A model generated the notes under the pieces. That model saw nothing but the letters and a program-made list of their open reading frames with translations. It ran no database searches and was not told where the DNA came from. A stretch of DNA of 64,000 nucleotides, taken from Piromyces finnis finn. Lineage: Eukaryota > Fungi > Neocallimastigomycota. Position 1 is the stretch's first letter. Each line of letters opens with the position of its first letter. Positions 57,901-64,000 of this stretch are shown one piece after another. The stretch covers positions 186,001 to 250,000 of the forward strand of contig MCFH01000067.1 in NCBI GenBank assembly GCA_002104945.1, read 5' to 3'. Made by a program: the position numbers and the translations under genes.

Positions 57901-60110
57901 AACTAATTTAAAAGAATTGTAATTATTTATATTTATAATAATGGGATTAAAGTAAAAATAAAAAAAAACAAATTTCACTAATTTACTATTGATTATTAAA
58001 TAAATTAAATAGGAACTTAAGTAATAATCAACTGACTGGTCCCATTCCTGAATCTATTGGAAGTACATCCATAATATATTCCTTGTAATTATTTAAAATA
58101 ACTTTTAAAATAACTAACAAAATTGAAATAAAATAATTTTAATAATAATCCTTTTTTTACCCAAACTTGTAAAAAATTTAATTATTAATAAATAGACGTT
58201 TAGAGAATAATTATTTAAGTGGTATTATTCCTAATCCTCTCAAAGAAAAACTTATCCGTAAAACTTTAGAATCGTAATAATCTTTTTTTTTTTTAATAAT
58301 TATTTATTAATTTTATTAGATGCAACAAAAAAAAAAAAAATACCAATAGTTGCCTATAATTAAAAAATTTCAAATAAAATATTAATATATAATTAGATAC
58401 GATTCAAAAAATAATTGCCTTGATTGTAGTGGAGTTGAAAAGTAAGAATATTTATAATTTATTGAATTTTCTTTTTTTTTTTTTTTTTTTTTTTGAATAG
58501 ATAAATTTATTAAATAATAATGAATTTTTTATACACATACTCATAGAGAATGTGGAGATCAACGTCCTAATGAGGAATGTCCAGTAATTTGTGAAGAATG
58601 TGGAAATATAGAAAGTTTATTAGGTGGAAAAGATGATTATTGTTGTATACGTGAAGGAATTGAATGTGAAAAAGATGTTGAAAGTGGTGAAATGCATATT
58701 ACAAAAATGTAAAATATTTTATCGATATAAAATAATTTAAGAATATTAATATTAATTTTTTTTATATTTTATCATCATAAATAATAGAGATTTAAGTAGT
58801 AAAGGTTTAGCTGGAAGCATTCCTGAATCTATTGGAAATTTATCTAAATTAACAGAATTGTAAATATTTAAATATTTATTAGTATTGAGTTTAAAATAGA
58901 TTTTTAAAATGGAATTTAATTAATGAAATATATTTATAAATAAAATTTTTTTTCATAGAAATTTAAAAAATAATTATTTAACCGGTGATATTCCAGAATC
59001 GATAAAAAATAAAATAAAGAATGATTTAAGGTAATATAAATAATTTTTTTTATAAGATAATGTTATAAATGACTTTCAAAAATTCATATCAACTTTTTTT
59101 TTTATATATATTTTAAATAAACAAATTTTATTATTTTTAACAATATCTATATTTAAATAAAAAATTTTATATTGCTGTATATTATAATTAGTTATGATTT
59201 AGAAAATAATTGCCTTGATTGCAGTGGAGTTGAAAAGTAAGAAAAATGAATTGTTATTTTCAATTTGAAAATTTCATTGTTCATTTCCTTTTTTTTTTTT
59301 AATAACTATTGTCATTTAATATTAATTTAAAAAAAAATATATATATATATTATATATAATGTACATTAATTAATAATAGATGTAATCAACGACCTGATAA
59401 AAATTGTGGTATTTATAATACAAATTATATAAAAGTTATTTAAATTGTTATTATTTAAAATTTTTTCTCTTTAGTAATATTATAATTTTATATATTGCCT
59501 TTTTTTTTAATTAAATAATAATAACAATAATTAAGACTGTCAAATAAAAAATGGTTTATATTGTAAAGACAAAACCTATTACTTGGTGAAAACTGATAAA
59601 AATAATAATTATTTAATTCAAAAAGATCATACTATTCCAATTAGTCTCTTTTATTGTGAAGTTATTAATGATATTATTGAGTGTAATAATAAAAGTAGGA
59701 CTGGTTATTACATTAATAGTAAGGATGAAATCTATACCTGTGCTAAAGAAGGATGTACCGGTTATGAAAATACAGATGGAAAAATTGTATTCACTGATGA
59801 TAAAATAAATATTCATTTAACAGATAAAATAATAACTAGTCTTGCATCACCTGAAACAAATTATCTTGCTGGACATGAAAGTATAGGTAGTATTTTTGGA
59901 ACAAAAAGTACGAATGAATATGTCATTATAACTATTGATGAAAGCTCCATCACCTTAAATTCTGCTGTTAAATATATTTATATCAATCCATTAACTAATA
60001 AAGTATTAGAAAGAGAAGAATGTCCAAATGATGATTTTCTTGCAATTACAGAATACGAATGTAATGAAACAAGTCATATTTGTACCAAAACATTATTTAA
60101 TGAAGTATAA
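54909..60110 (+). CDS. Secreted 13-exon protein (1270 aa): signal peptide, ~780-aa unknown domain, plant-type LRRs in duplicated Cys-capped modules, scaffoldin-like C-terminal domain
   Basis: Exons 54909-57303, 57447-57570, 57695-57766, 57847-57918, 58013-58084, 58196-58273, 58397-58441, 58547-58708, 58788-58859, 58959-59030, 59192-59236, 59380-59408 and 59536-60110 sum to 3813 nt in frame. 72-nt exons encode xLxxNxLxGxIPxxIGxLxxLxxL. Last exon has GYYIN..IYTC...C. Confidence 0.88.
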
Positions 60111-60477
60111 AATTGAAGAAAATACTTACTCATTTTGTAAATAAAATATATTGTACATATTTAATAATTATTTATTTTATAATTTATGCTATTTTAATTG
60201 AAATTAATTTTACAAAAGACTATTAAATAAAAACAAAATATATATAAAAAAAAAATTAGTAAAATATCAAAGTTTTGATTAGTGTAAATAAACTGAGTGA
60301 TATATCCTTTTTTTTTTTTTTTTACCATTAATTTTTGATGTTTGTTGTTTTTTTTTTTTTTTTTTTTAATACTTTTAAATTTACACTATAAAATTTTAAC
60401 TATTTAGTTTTAAAATAATTTTGAATTATGAGTAGTTCTATGAAGCTATTTTTTTTTTTTTTTTGATCGGTTTATTA

Positions 60478-60582
60478 ATACGTCCAGCATAATCGAGAGC
60501 GCTGACTGTCGTACCAATATTAATATTTCATTGGATTAAAACATTAAAGACTCATGGGAAAGTTTAGTGGATACCATACTAA
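60478..60582 (+). mobile_element. Small, internally deleted remnant of LINE family A 3' region
   Basis: gagagcgctgactgtcgtaccaatat and acattaaagactcatgggaaagtttagtggataccatact match 52175-52302 with about 50 bp missing. Confidence 0.7.
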
Positions 60583-61678
60583 CAATTCATTAAAACGCTT
60601 CATTCATAAAAATAAAGAAAAAAAAATTTTTTATTTTTTAAAAATTAAAATTGTTCAATAATAAACGGTGAAATGACCTTTTTCATTTTGTAGTGATAGC
60701 AATGGGTAAAAATCTAAAAAAAGATTGTGTTAAATTTTACTACTATAAATAATAATTAAATAAATATAAAATTACAATTATTTTTGCTTTTGAAAAGTGT
60801 GAAGGGTATCAATGATAAATGATAAATAGGTTCATTACTTTTTTTTTTTTTTAATATGAAGATTTGTGTATTAAAAAAAAAAAAAAAAAAAAAAAAAAGG
60901 TCATTCTATTTAACTATTTAAAATAAAAAAAAAAAATACTTTTTTAAAGACCAATTTTTTTGTTATTGATAAAAAATGGACACTTAAACTTTTAGTCAGA
61001 ATCATTTTTAAAAATTTAACTGTTCTTTTTTTTTTTTTTTTTTTTATAAAAAGACTGTAATTACTTTGTTTTTTTTTTTATTTTATTTTTTATTTTTTAT
61101 TTATAAAACTATTTTTTTTTTTAAATAAATAAAACTGTTTCATTTATACTTTATACTTTTATTATCATTTCTCTGTAACAAAATGGTTATTTGTAATGTG
61201 GTAACATAAAAAGAAAGTAAAAATATTTAAAGTTTAGAATTCTTTTAAAATATAAAAAGGATTTTTTTTTCTTCTAAATGAAAAAAATACACATTCTCCA
61301 CACAACCTATAATTAAAATTAACAATTTTTTATTCATTCTTTTTCTTTTTCAAAGGTAAATAATTATTTATTCGTTACTGGAATACTAGAATAACTTTTT
61401 GAGTAAAATGTTAATTAAAATATTAATATGAATTATTTTTGTTTCTTATTTAAGGAAACAGGAAAATGGCTAATATTTCTTTTCTAAAAGAAGATAACTA
61501 AATATTTATTCTAGCAATACATATATAGTTTTTCATTTTAGCAATAAAAAACTAAATATTTGTTACTTGAATAAAAACCTTAGCTACCCTCTTTTAAAAA
61601 ATAGAGAATATTATTAATATTAATTAATTCCGTTCTCTATTGAAGATTGAGGAATATCACTAATAAGACCTAGTATAA

Positions 61679-63391
61679 TTAGCATTTGTTAACACCATTA
61701 AAAGGAGAAAATTTTGTTTGATTTCTGTTTGATAGAGTTCTTTCATCTTGTAAAATAGATTGTAGTTGTTGTGGTTGTGGTTGTGATTGTAATAGTAGTT
61801 GTAGTAGTTGTAGTAGTTGTGATTGTGATTGTAATAGTAATAGTAGTTGTGGTATTTGTGATTGCGATTGTAATAGTAGTTGTTGTAGTTGTGGTTGTGA
61901 TTGTAATAGTAATAGTAGTTGTTGTAGTTGTGGTTGTGATTGTAATAGTAATAGTAGTTGTAGTAGTTGTGGTTGTGGTTGTAGTTGTTGTTGATGTTCA
62001 ATCGTATGAATTATCATATTATTATTTAATAATTCATTCTCTTGTGATAATACTAAATCCAATTGACTATTTGAATCTATACCTTGTCCGTAATTATTTC
62101 CATCATTATTTGGCTGGCAAGGTATTCTTGGATTATTAAGAGTGTTAAAATCAATGAGAGAATAACCTTCTTCATAATTAATATTATTACCTTCCATTTC
62201 TTTATTCGTATTATCATTACAACTTGAAAAACCTTTAAAAGGTTGTGTATTATTTGTATTATTTTGCATATCCAAAGTTAAAAAGCTGGGAGAACTTTGA
62301 CTTTTATCCATTTCTTCTAAATTACCTTCCGTAATATTGTTTGGCTCTAATGAATTGTTATTCTTTTCCAAATTTTCTACCACATTGATATTGGAAAGAG
62401 AATTTGAAAGTTTAATCTTTTTTCGACCATTGCACTTTTTTTGATCATTACACTTTTTTCGTTTATTTAAATACTCTAAAATTTTATTTTCCATTATAGT
62501 CGCTTCTTTAGAATGATCATCTTCATTGATATTATAAAAGTATATTCTAAATAAAAAGAATGACTTAAAATTTCTATTATCATCAAAAATACCATTTATA
62601 TAGTAATTAAAATTATTTACTTTATTATTTTTTAATTCATCATATTCTTTATCAAGAAGTGTATTTCGATCTCCTTTACAAAATTGTTTATGACTCATTA
62701 ATGAAAGGAAATTGCTGATTTGTTTAATTTTATAATTACCATCCACTACAGCAATACAATAAACATATCTCTTACCTGACTTATTTGTCTCTAAGTTTTC
62801 AGACAACTTTTCAGAGTCATAGTCTTCCAATTTTTTTGTGCTTATCTGCCAACAATTAATATTTTTTATTTTATCAACAAAATCACAAATAGTCCTACAT
62901 TTTTGACAATTGGTTTCTATTTCTATTAAGAACAATGGATCATTCATTGTTATTCTTTTTAATAAAAAATCTTTTAAAATATTATTTTCTTTTTCATTGT
63001 AAAATAGATATTTTATAATAGAGCTCTTATAACCATTCTCTTCATCCATATCTTTAACATTTTTATCGATATTTTTTTCAAATTCATTTTGACTTTTACC
63101 GTTTTCATACAAATCTTTTAATTTTTTAACATGATCAAACTTCAATCCCTTTTTTTTTTCAGATTTATCATTGTTGAAAGTCCTTTCTCCTTCACCTTTA
63201 TCTGATTTGTTTTTATAGTAAATATTTTCCATACAAAAATAGCAACAAATATTTTTAGCATTTTGGTTTAAAAATGGACCGTTCTTTGATTGACCCCATT
63301 CTTCTTTCTTTTCTTCTATAATTTCGTTAAAATGTTTCTTTACAAAATCTTGTGGTTCTGGTTCTGGTTTTTGCATTTGTTCCAACATCAA
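61679..63391 (-). CDS. Intronless 570-aa orphan protein; K/N-rich Cys-containing N-terminal domain, Q/L low-complexity tail
   Basis: Long uninterrupted ORF in AT-rich DNA; a paralogous remnant exists at 47500-52760. No family recognised. Confidence 0.7.
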   Translation of the reverse strand: MMLEQMQKPEPEPQDFVKKHFNEIIEEKKEEWGQSKNGPFLNQNAKNICCYFCMENIYYKNKSDKGEGERTFNNDKSEKKKGLKFDHVKKLKDLYENGKSQNEFEKNIDKNVKDMDEENGYKSSIIKYLFYNEKENNILKDFLLKRITMNDPLFLIEIETNCQKCRTICDFVDKIKNINCWQISTKKLEDYDSEKLSENLETNKSGKRYVYCIAVVDGNYKIKQISNFLSLMSHKQFCKGDRNTLLDKEYDELKNNKVNNFNYYINGIFDDNRNFKSFFLFRIYFYNINEDDHSKEATIMENKILEYLNKRKKCNDQKKCNGRKKIKLSNSLSNINVVENLEKNNNSLEPNNITEGNLEEMDKSQSSPSFLTLDMQNNTNNTQPFKGFSSCNDNTNKEMEGNNINYEEGYSLIDFNTLNNPRIPCQPNNDGNNYGQGIDSNSQLDLVLSQENELLNNNMIIHTIEHQQQLQPQPQLLQLLLLLQSQPQLQQLLLLLQSQPQLQQLLLQSQSQIPQLLLLLQSQSQLLQLLQLLLQSQPQPQQLQSILQDERTLSNRNQTKFSPFNGVNKC

Positions 63392-64000
63392 AGCAGATTA
63401 ATCCTCTCTACAAAAAAAAAAAGTTTAATATTTTTTGTTTTTTGTTAATTTTTAAAATTTAAATAAATTTTTTTGTTTATATATTTTTTTTTATATTTTA
63501 AACTTTCTAGACATAAGTTTTATTGGTGGAAAATTCAATTGAATTAGTTAAATTGTTTTATATATATTAGAATATATTGACTAATATATTAGAAAAATTC
63601 ATTATTAAAATTGATCTTTATTGCATGAAATAAAATAAAATAAAATAATATATTAAAATAAATTGAATTATTTATATTCTAATATACTATATAATATATA
63701 AAAAATTTTAATAAATTATTAAGGATTTAATTAATTTATGATGATATAATTAATTTACTCCTGGACATAATAATAAAATATTATTTATTTATTTATTTAT
63801 TAATCAATTCATTCATTCAATTTTTATAGTTATTTATTTATTTCATTCATTCATTATTTTCAAACCACAAAAAAAAATCAAACTTTAAAAGGATGAAAAA
63901 TTATAGTTTATACCATGAAAATAGGTTTTTTTTTTATTATTTCTTTATTTATTAATACGATGTTATTTTTATCGTTAAAAATATAACAAATAGATAATTA

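Noticed and set aside
61660-62139. Alternative-frame and antisense ORFs (Y/N/H-rich 113 aa; V/I-rich 122 aa)
   Set aside because: These are shadow frames of the Q/L low-complexity tail of the 570-aa ORF.

Overview
Extremely AT-rich eukaryotic DNA with short GT-AG introns and (AAT)n tracts. It is most consistent with an anaerobic gut fungus (Neocallimastigomycota); this is inferred from base composition, intron style and the GYY-x-C-x-C scaffoldin-type repeat proteins. Left to right: (1) a decayed Ty3/gypsy gag-pol fragment abutting a truncated HMG-box pseudogene; (2) a frameshifted, intronless ~2.1 kb reading frame resembling a giant-virus (NCLDV) early transcription factor large subunit; (3) an intact 5-exon Shewanella-like metallophosphoesterase gene; (4) a scaffoldin-like gene cluster, with decayed paralogs followed by a ~5.1 kb-unit tandem array of four intact 9-exon secreted-protein genes plus a broken fifth copy, in which introns and spacers are near-identical but exons are hypervariable and mosaic; (5) an Hv1-like voltage-sensor-only protein with a degenerate S4; (6) a LINE with a highly structured 5' leader, inserted into a pseudogene whose Gln/Leu low-complexity tract has become a 47-bp minisatellite; (7) an intact 13-exon ~1270-aa secreted gene fusing a large intronless unknown domain, plant-type LRR micro-exons and a scaffoldin-like C-terminus; (8) a 570-aa orphan ORF that is the intact paralog of the LINE-disrupted pseudogene. 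All gene models were read by eye, and family calls come from motif recognition, not database searches.
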